Assembly: GCA_963812605.1 (NCBI GenBank)
Contig: CAWEWF010000007.1
Coordinates: forward strand, 1 to 64,000
Direction of reading: 5' to 3'
Source of the DNA: an uncultured Verrucomicrobiae bacterium
GTDB lineage: Bacteria; Verrucomicrobiota; Verrucomicrobiia; Palsa-1439
Length of the DNA: 64,000 nt
In this document: positions 10,211 to 19,894 of the stretch, in pieces
Layout: each line of letters begins with the position of its first letter
How positions within the stretch are numbered: position 1 is the first letter of the stretch
Notes under the pieces: generated by a model
What the model was told of the DNA's origin: nothing
Database searches by the model: none
The model's input: the letters and a program-made list of their open reading frames with translations, nothing else
Program-made: the position numbers and the translations under genes

Positions 10211-10272
10211 CCGCTAATATAATATCGACACGCAAGACGCACACATTAGACTGAATAATAAGAAGCGTAGTG

Positions 10273-12369
10273 ATGAGAATGATATTCTCACACCCGACAA
10301 AGATCGCCGCCCGACTGTTAGTGATCGGCTGCGCCACCGTTGCTTGGCATTTGGTGGCGTACGCCCAATCCAACTCTTGGATCAATTCCACCTCCGGGAA
10401 ATGGGAGGATGCGTCAAGCTGGTCACTGGGCACTGCTCCGGGGATTGGCGATGCCGCCGATCTGATTACCAATGCGGGCAACTCAACGGTCACCAACGAC
10501 GCAACGACCGCCAGCGGTTTCCCCGCCACGATGGTCATTAGCAACCTGACGGTTTCGGCGCCGAGTGCCTCAACGAATGCCCTGGTTCTCTCCAATCTCG
10601 GAACCAATACCCCCTTGGTCGTTCACGACTCGGTCATCATCGGCCCGGGCGGGGTGTTGCTGATGACAAACTCTCTCTTGTCTCTGGACGGAGCAACTGA
10701 TGGCGCACTCAGCCTGGATTCCAGTGCGACGCTTTATGACAGTACCCTGCTCCTCAATACCAACGTTGCGATGACGGTTGGCAGCGTGGGCACCGGCACG
10801 CTTTTGGCCGCGGGTGGGTCGAACACCCTTTCCGGAGATGTCTACATGGGCTACTCAACTAATTCGGTCGGGTCAATCGTATTGACCACCGGGCAACTCG
10901 TGACGAGCAATGGCAACGTGGCCGTCGGCTTCTACGGCTCGGGCCAGATCATCGTATCCAACGGGATGCTGATGTCCGTTACTAATATCATCACGCCGCC
11001 GACCGGCATACTCGTGGGAACCACCGCCAGCGCCAACGGCACCTTGACCGTGCTCGGTGGGACCTGCTTGGAAAATGGGCACTTGGGCCTCGGCGAGGAA
11101 TCCGGCTCGACGGGCCTGGTCTGGGTGAGCAACGGGTGGTTGATTGTCACGAACGGGTATCTTATCAGCATTGGCGGAAACGGGGCGGGACAAATGGTTG
11201 TTTCGAATAGCCAGATGTCGGCTTATAACGTGGGTGTGGCGAATGGGCCGGGATCTCAAGGAACGTTGACGATCGCGGGCGGCACGGGCAGTTTTTCAGG
11301 GGGGCTCATCGTAGGCATTGGTCTGGGCGCGACAGGTTCGGTGTCCGTGACGAGCGGGCAGTTGACGGTTAGCAATCAGACTATCATCGTGGGCAGTTAC
11401 GGTGTTGGTCAGATGACGGTTTCTAATAGCTCACTACTTGCAAGAGCGATGAGAGTTGGTAACAGCGCCGGACCGTTCGTGACCAACCAGAGCCCCACGT
11501 GGATGGGCCTGCTGACGATTGCCGGCGGTACCACTGCGGTCACTTCGAATATCGTGGTGGGCGTGTTCTCCAATGCGAATGGTGTGATTCAGTTCACCGG
11601 CGGCAATCTCACGATCACCAATCAATCCGACACGGGGCAGCTTGTGGTCGGCCAGGCGGGGCGAGGGACATTCACCCAAAACGGCGGTGTAGTGACCGTT
11701 GATCAGTTGCTCGTTACCAATGGCACCAATAGCGTCTTCAACTTCATCTCGGGTGCGTTCAACACGAAATCCACCACGGTCAGCAACACGCAGACATTCG
11801 CCTTCGGTGACGGCGTCGGAGCGGCAACCTATCACCTGCTCGGAGGGGTTCACTCATTCGCGGATGGCCTCCGCATTCGCAACAACGGCACGCTCAGCGG
11901 TTGTGGCACAATCAATGGCAGTGTCCAGGTGGACGCGGGTGGCACCATGATTTCTGATTGTGGCGGAACACTTTCAGTCACGGGTACCGTCACCAACAAT
12001 GGCGTGATGGAAGCTGTGAATGGAGGGACGCTTGAATCCTATGGACTGGTGGTCAACAACGGTTTGATCAACGTACTTTCCGGCAACACGAATTTCCACG
12101 CTGGGCTGGTGAACAATGGTGCTGTCCTCACCAGCAACAGCCTGCCGCAGATTGTTTCTTTCTCTCTGGTAGGCTCGAATGTGAATATCCAGTTCACGAC
12201 TTTCAGCAACTTGACGCACTACGTCGAATATAACTCCGACCTCGTCACTGGGAGCTGGATTGCCCTGACAGGATTTACTGGCACAGGAGGAATCATGAGT
12301 AATACCGATCCCGGGGCCGCAACGTTGACCCAGCGCTTCTATCGGGTTCACCTGGTGGTGCCACCATGA
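10273..12369 (+). CDS. Secreted Gly/Asn/Thr-rich beta-strand repeat protein (T5SS/PEP-CTERM-associated-repeat-like) with a C-terminal ...W...TD...RFYRV domain
   Basis: Signal peptide; WINSTSGKWEDASSWS start; repeated G.G.LT(V/I).GG units. Confidence 0.8.
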   Translation: MRMIFSHPTKIAARLLVIGCATVAWHLVAYAQSNSWINSTSGKWEDASSWSLGTAPGIGDAADLITNAGNSTVTNDATTASGFPATMVISNLTVSAPSASTNALVLSNLGTNTPLVVHDSVIIGPGGVLLMTNSLLSLDGATDGALSLDSSATLYDSTLLLNTNVAMTVGSVGTGTLLAAGGSNTLSGDVYMGYSTNSVGSIVLTTGQLVTSNGNVAVGFYGSGQIIVSNGMLMSVTNIITPPTGILVGTTASANGTLTVLGGTCLENGHLGLGEESGSTGLVWVSNGWLIVTNGYLISIGGNGAGQMVVSNSQMSAYNVGVANGPGSQGTLTIAGGTGSFSGGLIVGIGLGATGSVSVTSGQLTVSNQTIIVGSYGVGQMTVSNSSLLARAMRVGNSAGPFVTNQSPTWMGLLTIAGGTTAVTSNIVVGVFSNANGVIQFTGGNLTITNQSDTGQLVVGQAGRGTFTQNGGVVTVDQLLVTNGTNSVFNFISGAFNTKSTTVSNTQTFAFGDGVGAATYHLLGGVHSFADGLRIRNNGTLSGCGTINGSVQVDAGGTMISDCGGTLSVTGTVTNNGVMEAVNGGTLESYGLVVNNGLINVLSGNTNFHAGLVNNGAVLTSNSLPQIVSFSLVGSNVNIQFTTFSNLTHYVEYNSDLVTGSWIALTGFTGTGGIMSNTDPGAATLTQRFYRVHLVVPP
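12251..12364 (+). repeat. 114-bp direct repeat, copy 1 (3' end of the secreted protein gene)
   Basis: 8 mismatches in 114 nt versus 13221-13334. Confidence 0.95.
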
Positions 12370-13127
12370 AAAACCGTGTTGCGTTTACGCTTCCGCAGTT
12401 GTTGGTCTCCGTGGCGGTTGGCTTGTTGTTGGCCGGTGCCATACTGCCCGTCCTGCAATCAGACCATCAGACTCTTCAAAGCGCCATCTGCGCGAATAAT
12501 CTGCGTGAAATCGGCGTCGCCATCACCATGTACGCTGCCGACCACAACGATTGCTTCCCGCCGGGGTACGATAGCAGTGCGGGGTCAGACTGGCATCTGC
12601 TCATTACGCCATATCTTGGGAAGACTCAAACAACCTATGCCTCGGGTGGCACAGCGAGCCCTGTGTTTATCTGTCCGGCATCCGTACTGGTACCACCGGC
12701 GGGCACAACAGTATCACTCACCTACACTGCGCATCGGGCGATGTTTTGGTGCGCACCGAACCCGTGCAATATTAATGGAAATGTGATCCAACAATACAAG
12801 ATGAGCCAATGCTCCCGTCCGGGTGAAGTGGCCATGGTCTTTGATGGCTGTCAGCAATCCATTGACGCGCCCTACACATTCGATGCCCAGGCCTGTTCGG
12901 ATCAGCTCCTTGACTCCACCCTCTATCTCGGCGGCCCCGGCGCCAACAAGCCCAACCAGCCTGAGCCCATGGATCCAGCAAAAAACGTTGATGGCTCCAA
13001 TAGTGTCGGCCTTATACGCTGGCGGCATTACAACAACAACGGCGCGAATTTTCTCATGGTGGACGGACATGTGGTGTCGTTCCTTGGCGGTCAGCTCCTG
13101 CGGCGTAACCTCTATTACGATAAGTGA
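12366..13127 (+). CDS. Prepilin-type N-terminal / H-X9-DG (DUF1559-like) protein
   Basis: AFTLPQLLV..., CANNLREIG..MYAADHND.FP, FICP, RWRH...ANFLMVDGHV. Confidence 0.9.
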   Translation: MKNRVAFTLPQLLVSVAVGLLLAGAILPVLQSDHQTLQSAICANNLREIGVAITMYAADHNDCFPPGYDSSAGSDWHLLITPYLGKTQTTYASGGTASPVFICPASVLVPPAGTTVSLTYTAHRAMFWCAPNPCNINGNVIQQYKMSQCSRPGEVAMVFDGCQQSIDAPYTFDAQACSDQLLDSTLYLGGPGANKPNQPEPMDPAKNVDGSNSVGLIRWRHYNNNGANFLMVDGHVVSFLGGQLLRRNLYYDK

Positions 13128-13220
13128 CCGTCCCGGGTTGTGCTTTTTCGATTTGGGCAGAATGACGATTGCAGGGCGCAGTCATAATGAATAAGGGCGA
13201 ACAAGAAACGAACAGCTCTC

Positions 13221-13334
13221 GGAGCTGGATTGCTCTGACGGGATTTACCGGCACAGGAGGAATCATGAGTCATACCGAGACCGGGGCCGCAACGCTGACC
13301 CAGCGTTTCTATCGGGTTCACCTGGTGGTGCCAC
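13221..13334 (+). repeat. 114-bp direct repeat, copy 2 (orphan gene-end remnant)
   Basis: Encodes SWIALTGFTGTGGIMSHTETGAATLTQRFYRVHLVVP with no matching upstream gene body. Confidence 0.95.
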
Positions 13335-13506
13335 ATTGTTATCGATTCTCAAGACCATCAAAACGATCCCAAACCAGTTTGGAACAATTCACAACTTGTT
13401 TTTAGATGGTAAAGGACCAAGAACCACAAGCCCGTCAAGAACCGCCGAAAAGCTGAGGCATGTGGATTTGAGCGCTGTCCGAAATCGCCGGAGCTTTCCA
13501 CATGCG

Positions 13507-13537
13507 GTGTCATTCTGAGCGAAGCGAAGGATGACAC
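13507..13537. repeat. REP-like hairpin GTGTCATTCTGAGCGAAGCGAAGGATGACAC
   Basis: Imperfect palindrome in an intergenic region. Confidence 0.6.
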
Positions 13538-13611
13538 TCCTGCAGTTGTTGAAAACGTGCCAGTACTAGAGGTTGACTAGTGGTATGACATGCTTCATTT
13601 GCAGGGTCGTT

Positions 13612-13681
13612 GGTAGGGACGGCTCGCCGAGCCGTCCGCTATTCCACACCGGCACGGCGCGGTGGGCCACCGCGCCCTACC
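13612..13681. repeat. GTAG-type REP doublet (REPIN-like)
   Basis: GGTAGGG...CCCTACC termini, each followed or preceded by a GC-rich hairpin. Confidence 0.7.
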
Positions 13682-13717
13682 CATCGAATGAACTGTGTCA
13701 CAGCACTAGCCTGATGG

Positions 13718-13751
13718 AAAAACAAAAGGGGCAGACGCGTGGGTCTGCCCC
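13718..13751 (-). terminator. Intrinsic terminator of the receiver gene
   Basis: GGGGCAGAC/GTCTGCCCC stem with an A-tract on the + strand (U-tail on -). Confidence 0.75.
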
Positions 13752-13775
13752 CGGGAAATGTGACTGTGGACCGAT

Positions 13776-14255
13776 TTAGCCGGCGGCGGGTTTTCCAGCT
13801 TGCTTGCCCATCACATGGCGGATGATGTGCAGGGCTTCCTGGATGCGGAACGGTTTGCGGATGTAACCGTCGATCTGATGGTGCGCCAGAATCTGACGCA
13901 AGCGCAGTTCCTCGGCGCCCGAGACGATGATGACCTTCACATCCGGATTCAGCTTCTTCAGCCATTCGAAAGTCTTGGCGCCATCCAGTTGCGGCATGTA
14001 GTAGTCGAGCAACACCAACTGAAATTTGTCCTTCTCCCGGGTGAACTTTTCGAGGGCCTTGACGGGATTGGAGACCGCGATGACCTCAAAGCCAAAAGGC
14101 TCGAGCAATTCCGTAATGAGGGTGCGGAATTCCTCGTTGTCATCGATTGCCAGCACGCGCACGCGTGAACTGTCCGCCGCGAGCGGCTGCACCACGTTGC
14201 TACCGTCGGTCTTGACCGTTTCCACCTGCCCGATGTTGTCGGCTGTTAGCGGCAT
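13776..14255 (-). CDS. Single-domain response regulator receiver (similar to 761-1151)
   Basis: VLAIDDNEE, LVLLDYYMPQLDG, IIVSG, YIRKPF. Start uncertain. Confidence 0.9.
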   Translation of the reverse strand: MPLTADNIGQVETVKTDGSNVVQPLAADSSRVRVLAIDDNEEFRTLITELLEPFGFEVIAVSNPVKALEKFTREKDKFQLVLLDYYMPQLDGAKTFEWLKKLNPDVKVIIVSGAEELRLRQILAHHQIDGYIRKPFRIQEALHIIRHVMGKQAGKPAAG

Positions 14256-14389
14256 TCTAAAACCCATCCTCTCTTTATTGTCCCCTTGCCCAATTGTGGG
14301 CAATCGCACCCCCAAAATAAGCAGGGTTGGTGCCAAATCTTGACCGCTACGACACTCAACACTATCATCCTGACGAAATTCATACGGAA

Positions 14390-15016
14390 ATGGCCAAAAA
14401 GGGTACATTCATCACTTTTGAGGGGGGGGAAGGCTGCGGAAAATCCACCCATATCGACCGTTTGGTCGCTCACTTGCGGCAGGATGGGTACCAGGTTCTT
14501 GTCGCCCGCGAGCCAGGTGGAACAAATGTGGGCGAGCAAATTCGTCACATTCTTCAATACAGCAAGCAATCCGTCGCCATGGTTCCCGAAGCCGAGTTGC
14601 TGCTCTTTTGCGCCAGCCGCGCGCAACTCGTCCGCGAAGTCATCGAACCCGCCTTGAACGACGGCCAGGTCGTCATCTGCGACCGCTTCTTCGATTCCAC
14701 AACCGTCTATCAGGGCGTGGGGCGGAAGATCGCGCCGTCAGCCGTGGCGGCCATCAACAATTTCGCGGTCGGCACGAACGTGCCGGAGCTCACGCTGGTT
14801 ATCGACCTTGACCCGCGCATCGGCTTGGAACGCGCCCGCGGCCGCGAGTTGTTCGACCGCATGGAGAACCAGTCGCTGGAATTCTACGATCGCGTCCGGC
14901 AAGGCTATCTCGATCTGGCCAAACGCGAGGCGCATCGCGTCAAGGTGATCGATGGCAGCCGGTCCCTGGAAGCAATCGAGAAGCAGATCTGGGATTTCGT
15001 GACCAATGTCCTTTAG
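14390..15016 (+). CDS. tmk: Thymidylate kinase
   Basis: FITFEGGEGCGKST, REPGG, CDRF.DST.VYQG. Confidence 0.97.
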   Translation: MAKKGTFITFEGGEGCGKSTHIDRLVAHLRQDGYQVLVAREPGGTNVGEQIRHILQYSKQSVAMVPEAELLLFCASRAQLVREVIEPALNDGQVVICDRFFDSTTVYQGVGRKIAPSAVAAINNFAVGTNVPELTLVIDLDPRIGLERARGRELFDRMENQSLEFYDRVRQGYLDLAKREAHRVKVIDGSRSLEAIEKQIWDFVTNVL

Positions 15017-16016
15017 CGATCTCCAGGAACAAAAGGCCGTGGCCGCGCAACTGCACCGCAGCTTGCAGCGCGGACGCCTCGCCCACGCTTACCTGTTCAC
15101 CGGGCCGCGCGGCAGCGGCAAGGAACTCATGGCGCGGACGCTGGCGAAGGCGCTGAACTGCGCGGAGAAGGATCACGATGGTTGCGACCATTGCGATTCA
15201 TGCCGGCGCATCGACGGAGGCGCGCATCCCGACGTGTATTGGGTGCGGCCCGAGTCGAAGAACCGCCGGATCCAGGTCGAGCAGATGCGCGAGTTCATGA
15301 AAGCCGTGAACTTGCGTTCCTCGATGGGCGGGGTGAAGGTCGGGATCGTGGTGGACGCCGATTGCCTGGGGGATGAAGCGAGCAACGCGTTCTTGAAAAC
15401 GCTCGAGGAACCGCCCGCACAAACCGTGATCGTGCTGCTCACCGCTGACCCCCAGCGGCTGTTACCCACGATTCTGTCGCGCTGTCTGAGGATTTCGTTC
15501 GGTCCAACGACCGGGCGCGTCGCCTCGCCCTACCATGCGAAACTCGTGCCGCTCCTGGCAAAGTTTTCCGCGAGCGGCGAGGAAAAGGTTGCCAACAGTT
15601 ATCAATTGCTGGCCGAACTGACGGCGCTGCTGCAGGAAATCCGTAAGGAAACGCGTGCCCGCATCGAGGCGGAGATGAACCTGGATCGATACGAGGAATT
15701 GGAGCCGAAAGTCCGCGAGCGGCTGGAAGAGCAACTCGAAGCGCGCGTCGAAGGGGAATATCGGGCGACGCGCGAGCAATTGCTGGAGGAAATATACAGT
15801 TGGTTCGGCGATCTCCTCCTGTGCGCGGAGGGCGCGGACGACAAGCTGTTGGCGCATCCCGACCAGGCGGCGGCCACGCGGCGCGTGGCGACGGGGCTGA
15901 CCTACCCGAAAGCCTGCCACAACCTCGAGGCCATCGAGCAAATCCGCGACTCGCTTTCCCGCAACATCTCTGAGACGCTCGCGTTTGAGGTGGGTCTCCT
16001 CAAGCTGGCGCAATAG
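15006..16016 (+). CDS. holB: DNA polymerase III subunit delta'
   Basis: HAYLFTGPRGSGK, Cys zinc cluster, HPDV, NAFLKTLEEPP, PTILSRC; follows tmk. Confidence 0.95.
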   Translation: MSFSDLQEQKAVAAQLHRSLQRGRLAHAYLFTGPRGSGKELMARTLAKALNCAEKDHDGCDHCDSCRRIDGGAHPDVYWVRPESKNRRIQVEQMREFMKAVNLRSSMGGVKVGIVVDADCLGDEASNAFLKTLEEPPAQTVIVLLTADPQRLLPTILSRCLRISFGPTTGRVASPYHAKLVPLLAKFSASGEEKVANSYQLLAELTALLQEIRKETRARIEAEMNLDRYEELEPKVRERLEEQLEARVEGEYRATREQLLEEIYSWFGDLLLCAEGADDKLLAHPDQAAATRRVATGLTYPKACHNLEAIEQIRDSLSRNISETLAFEVGLLKLAQ

Positions 16017-16039
16017 CCGGGAAGGTTGGGATCGACGGA

Positions 16040-17839
16040 ATGAAGCGGCTCAAGAACTGGTTTGTCTTCGGACTGGCGACAGTGGCGTTTCTGGCGCCGC
16101 TGAAATTCGGCACGCCCGTGATGATTCAGGGGTCTGCTCTGCTCCCGCGAGACAGTTTTGAATGGCTTCATTTCTCGTGGCCGAACGAATTGGCCATCAT
16201 TTTCATCTTTGCGGGTTTCATCTGGCTCGTGCTGGATCGCGATCGCATGCTGGCGCGCGTGGATTTGTTGTTCACCCTCCCGCTGTTCTTCCTGTTGACC
16301 CAGGCGCTGGCCGTGCCCGAGACCATCTGCCCCCAGGCGACGATTGATACCCTGATGTTGTTTGCCGCAGGAGTGCTCCTGTTTTATGTGGGGGCCTGGT
16401 ACGTGCGCGACGGCGCCGCGACCGCCCAAATCTTCGGGGGACTGGCTTTGGCGACATTGTTTGTCTGCTTGCTGGCGATGCGCCAGCATTTTGGCGGCCT
16501 GGCGGAATCGCGCGCGTACGCGGCGCTGTACGTCGATGCCGCGCGCGTGCCCAAGGATTTCTTGTTGCGCATAACCAGCAATCGCGTCTTCGGACCGCTG
16601 GTGTACCCGAACGCCCTGGCTGGTTTCCTTGTCGTGGCTTTCGCGCCCACGCTCGTATGGATTTGGGTGCGGGCCCGCGGTTGGGATGCGCGGGTGAAGT
16701 GGATCGCCCTGGTGTTCGCGGGCGGAGTGATGTTGTTTTGCCTCGTATTGACGGGATCGCGGGGCGGGTTCATGGCGTTCGGGGTCATGGCGTTGACAGT
16801 TTTCGCATGCTGGTTTCCCGGAGGGGAGCGCCGAACGGTATTCTGGCTCATCGGGCTTGTTGCAACGCTGTTGGTGGTTTTTCTGCTTGGGCAGCGCGCC
16901 GGCTTTCTCCATTTTGGCACGACCAGTTTGGAGTCACGGATGGATTATTGGCGGGGCGCGGTTGCCATTGCGAAGGATCATCCGTGGGTCGGGACCGGTC
17001 CGGGCACGTTCGGTTCCATTTATCCGAAGTACAAGACGGCACTGTCCGAAGAGGCGCAAGCCGTCCACAATAACTTCCTGCAAATGTGGTCGGACTCCGG
17101 CGTGTTGGCGTTCGTTGCGTATGCCTTACTCTGGATTGTCGCGGTGCGGGACGCTTTCCGGCTGGCGCGGCAGCGGACAGGGGATGCGGCGGCAATGGCG
17201 GTTTGTGGGGCGTTGGCGGGTTGGGCAGTGCATGGGCTGATGGACTTTGACCTGTACTCGCCCGGCGTGGCACTTCCCGCATTTATTCTGCTCGGTATTG
17301 TGCAAGGGCTGAAGGAATTACCGAGAACCGACTCCGTGACCTCGTCGCGACGGCGGGAGAACTGGCTGATTGGCGCGATCTGCGCCCTCGTGCTGGTCGC
17401 AGTCCTGTGGACAGAAGGCCGGGCCCTGGCGGCAGGTGTGATTGTCAATGATGCTCGCGAACGGGTGGCTGTCAGCCCGCCAGCGTTAGCTGACATAAAG
17501 TTCGCGGCCAGATTGGCGCCTTGGAACCCACGCCTCCAATCAATTTTGGGCGAAGTGGCCCTCCAAGCCGGCCAACCCGACGAGGCCATCGCGGCCTACC
17601 GCCAAGCCATCCAAGATGATCCCTACCGGGCCGCTGGTTGGTGGCGGCTCGCGGAGGCGAAGCGGGCGACGCACCAGATGGATGCGGAAGTGCTTGAGGC
17701 ACTGCACAAAGCGGTCGAACTCAACCCCACAAATAGGCGTTATAAACAGGCTCTTGACGCGGCTGAGGAAAGCGTTAGACAATCCCACCCCGCTTTGCTA
17801 GAGTCCGGTCCCGCCAAGGAAACCGGATCCTCCAAGTAA
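16040..17839 (+). CDS. O-antigen ligase (Wzy_C)-family membrane protein with C-terminal TPR
   Basis: YPNALAG, LTGSRGG, R..YW...HPWVGTGPGTF, HNNFLQ; TPR tail. Confidence 0.85.
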   Translation: MKRLKNWFVFGLATVAFLAPLKFGTPVMIQGSALLPRDSFEWLHFSWPNELAIIFIFAGFIWLVLDRDRMLARVDLLFTLPLFFLLTQALAVPETICPQATIDTLMLFAAGVLLFYVGAWYVRDGAATAQIFGGLALATLFVCLLAMRQHFGGLAESRAYAALYVDAARVPKDFLLRITSNRVFGPLVYPNALAGFLVVAFAPTLVWIWVRARGWDARVKWIALVFAGGVMLFCLVLTGSRGGFMAFGVMALTVFACWFPGGERRTVFWLIGLVATLLVVFLLGQRAGFLHFGTTSLESRMDYWRGAVAIAKDHPWVGTGPGTFGSIYPKYKTALSEEAQAVHNNFLQMWSDSGVLAFVAYALLWIVAVRDAFRLARQRTGDAAAMAVCGALAGWAVHGLMDFDLYSPGVALPAFILLGIVQGLKELPRTDSVTSSRRRENWLIGAICALVLVAVLWTEGRALAAGVIVNDARERVAVSPPALADIKFAARLAPWNPRLQSILGEVALQAGQPDEAIAAYRQAIQDDPYRAAGWWRLAEAKRATHQMDAEVLEALHKAVELNPTNRRYKQALDAAEESVRQSHPALLESGPAKETGSSK

Positions 17840-17949
17840 TAGACGTACCTTGGCGAAGGCAAACCAGATGTTGTGTTGAGGCACTGTTTGACAAGCGGAC
17901 AGCGAGTTGGTAGAACGTCGCCCCTTTTCGGTTTTAAGAGGATGGAACC

Positions 17950-18420
17950 ATGGAATTGGAACAAATAAAGGCGATAGTCGCCATGATGAAGGATAATGAC
18001 CTTTCCGAGTTCTCAATGGAACAGGATGGGTTGAAAATCCGCATTAAGCGCGGTCCCGAGGATTTTCAACAGACTGTGACCCTCCCGCCGCCCGCTGCAT
18101 CCCCGCCGGCTGCTGCTCCCGCGCCGGTTCAAGCGCCAGCGACCGCTCCTGCACCCGCGCCTGTCATGCCCGCAGTCGACATTAAACACATCAGCTCGCC
18201 CATGGTCGGCACATTTTATCTGTCACCTTCACCGGACGCGCCGCCGTATGTCGAGGTCGGGCAGGAAGTGGACGCGGAGACGGTCGTTTGCATCATTGAG
18301 GCGATGAAGGTGATGAATGAGATCAAGGCCGAAGTGAGCGGCGTCATCACCGAAGTTGTGGCGGAAAACGCCAAACCCGTGGAATTTGGTCAGAAACTGT
18401 TCGCGGTGCGCGTCAAATAG
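17950..18420 (+). CDS. accB: Acetyl-CoA carboxylase biotin carboxyl carrier protein
   Basis: Pro/Ala linker, SPMVGTFY, EAMKVMNEI. Confidence 0.97.
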   Translation: MELEQIKAIVAMMKDNDLSEFSMEQDGLKIRIKRGPEDFQQTVTLPPPAASPPAAAPAPVQAPATAPAPAPVMPAVDIKHISSPMVGTFYLSPSPDAPPYVEVGQEVDAETVVCIIEAMKVMNEIKAEVSGVITEVVAENAKPVEFGQKLFAVRVK

Positions 18421-18462
18421 CGCGCCCGCGGCACCGTCTCCATTGCCGCACGTTACGTCGCC

Positions 18463-19866
18463 ATGTTCGATAAAATCCTGATAGCCAATCGCGGTGAAAT
18501 CGCCGTGCGAATCATCCGCGCCTGCAAGGAACTGGGCATCCGCACGCTGGCAGTTTACTCAAAAGCGGACGCTGACTCCTTGCATGTGCAATTGGCGGAC
18601 GAGGCGATTTGCATTGGCGACCCGCCCAGCAAAGAAAGCTATCTCAAGATCGACCGAATCATCAGCGCCGCGGAGGTGGGTGACGTCGAGGCCATTCATC
18701 CCGGCTACGGGTTCCTGTCCGAGAATGCCCATTTCGCCGAGGTCTGCGAGAACTGCAATATCAAGTTCATCGGCCCGGCCAGTTCGTCCATCCGCTCGAT
18801 GGGAGACAAGGTCGCCGCTCGTGAAACGATGCGCAAAGCCGGCGTGCCCATTGTGCCCGGCAGCGACGGCCCCGTGGAGAACGAACAGGACGCGCTGAAG
18901 ATCGCCCGCCGGATCGGCTACCCGGTCATCGTCAAGGCCGCGGGCGGCGGCGGCGGTCGTGGCATGCGCGTCGCCCACAACGACCCGAGCCTCGTCAAAG
19001 GCTACCATACGGCCCGGTCCGAGGCGGAACGCGCGTTTTCCAACTCCGCCGTTTACATCGAGAAGTACATCGAAAGTCCGCGCCACATCGAGTTTCAGAT
19101 TCTCGCCGACCGCAAGGGCCGGACCATCCATCTCGGGGAACGCGACTGCAGTTTGCAGCGCCGCCACCAGAAACTCGTCGAAGAATCCCCCTCGCCCGCG
19201 CTCACGAGCGATCTGCGCAAGAAAATGGGCAAGGCGGCGATCAAGGCGGCGCAGGCTGTCGACTATATCAACGCGGGCACCATCGAGTTTCTGCTCGATG
19301 CGAGCGGGACGTTCTACTTCATTGAGATGAACACGCGCATCCAGGTCGAACATCCCGTTACCGAGGAGGTTACCGGCATCGATATTGTGAAGGAACAAAT
19401 CCGCATTGCCGCCGGTGAGGAGCTGGGGTACGACCAGAAGGACATCCAGTTTCAAAAACACGCCATCGAATGCCGCATCAACGCGGAGGATCCCTTCAAC
19501 AATTTTCAGCCCAGCCCCGGCCGCATCGAATTCCTGCACGTGCCCGGCGGTCACGGCGTGCGCGTGGACACGCACGTCTACGCCGGCTACGTCATCCCGC
19601 CGAATTACGACTCGATGATCGCCAAGTTGATTTGCTATGGTCGCGACCGTCGCGTGGCGTTGGATCGCATGGCGCGGGCGTTGGATGAGTTTATTATTCG
19701 CGGCATCAAGACGACGATCCCCTTGCACAAATTGATTTTGAAAGACCCGAATTTCCGTCGCGGACGGTACTCGACGAGTTTTGTCGAACGGCTTCTGGAG
19801 GCCAGCCAGCCGCTGGTGCCGCCGAAGACGGAAGAATTAAGACCCGCCCACGCGGGCGCTCCGTAA
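18463..19866 (+). CDS. accC: Biotin carboxylase
   Basis: [38 protein letters not shown]. Confidence 0.98.
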   Translation: MFDKILIANRGEIAVRIIRACKELGIRTLAVYSKADADSLHVQLADEAICIGDPPSKESYLKIDRIISAAEVGDVEAIHPGYGFLSENAHFAEVCENCNIKFIGPASSSIRSMGDKVAARETMRKAGVPIVPGSDGPVENEQDALKIARRIGYPVIVKAAGGGGGRGMRVAHNDPSLVKGYHTARSEAERAFSNSAVYIEKYIESPRHIEFQILADRKGRTIHLGERDCSLQRRHQKLVEESPSPALTSDLRKKMGKAAIKAAQAVDYINAGTIEFLLDASGTFYFIEMNTRIQVEHPVTEEVTGIDIVKEQIRIAAGEELGYDQKDIQFQKHAIECRINAEDPFNNFQPSPGRIEFLHVPGGHGVRVDTHVYAGYVIPPNYDSMIAKLICYGRDRRVALDRMARALDEFIIRGIKTTIPLHKLILKDPNFRRGRYSTSFVERLLEASQPLVPPKTEELRPAHAGAP

Positions 19867-19894
19867 TCATTAAAGGAGTTTGATACAGGAAATC

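Noticed and set aside
12251-13334. 114-bp repeat pair as a diversity-generating retroelement TR/VR
   Set aside because: Mismatches are not adenine-specific (mostly C/T transitions) and no reverse transcriptase is visible in the window.
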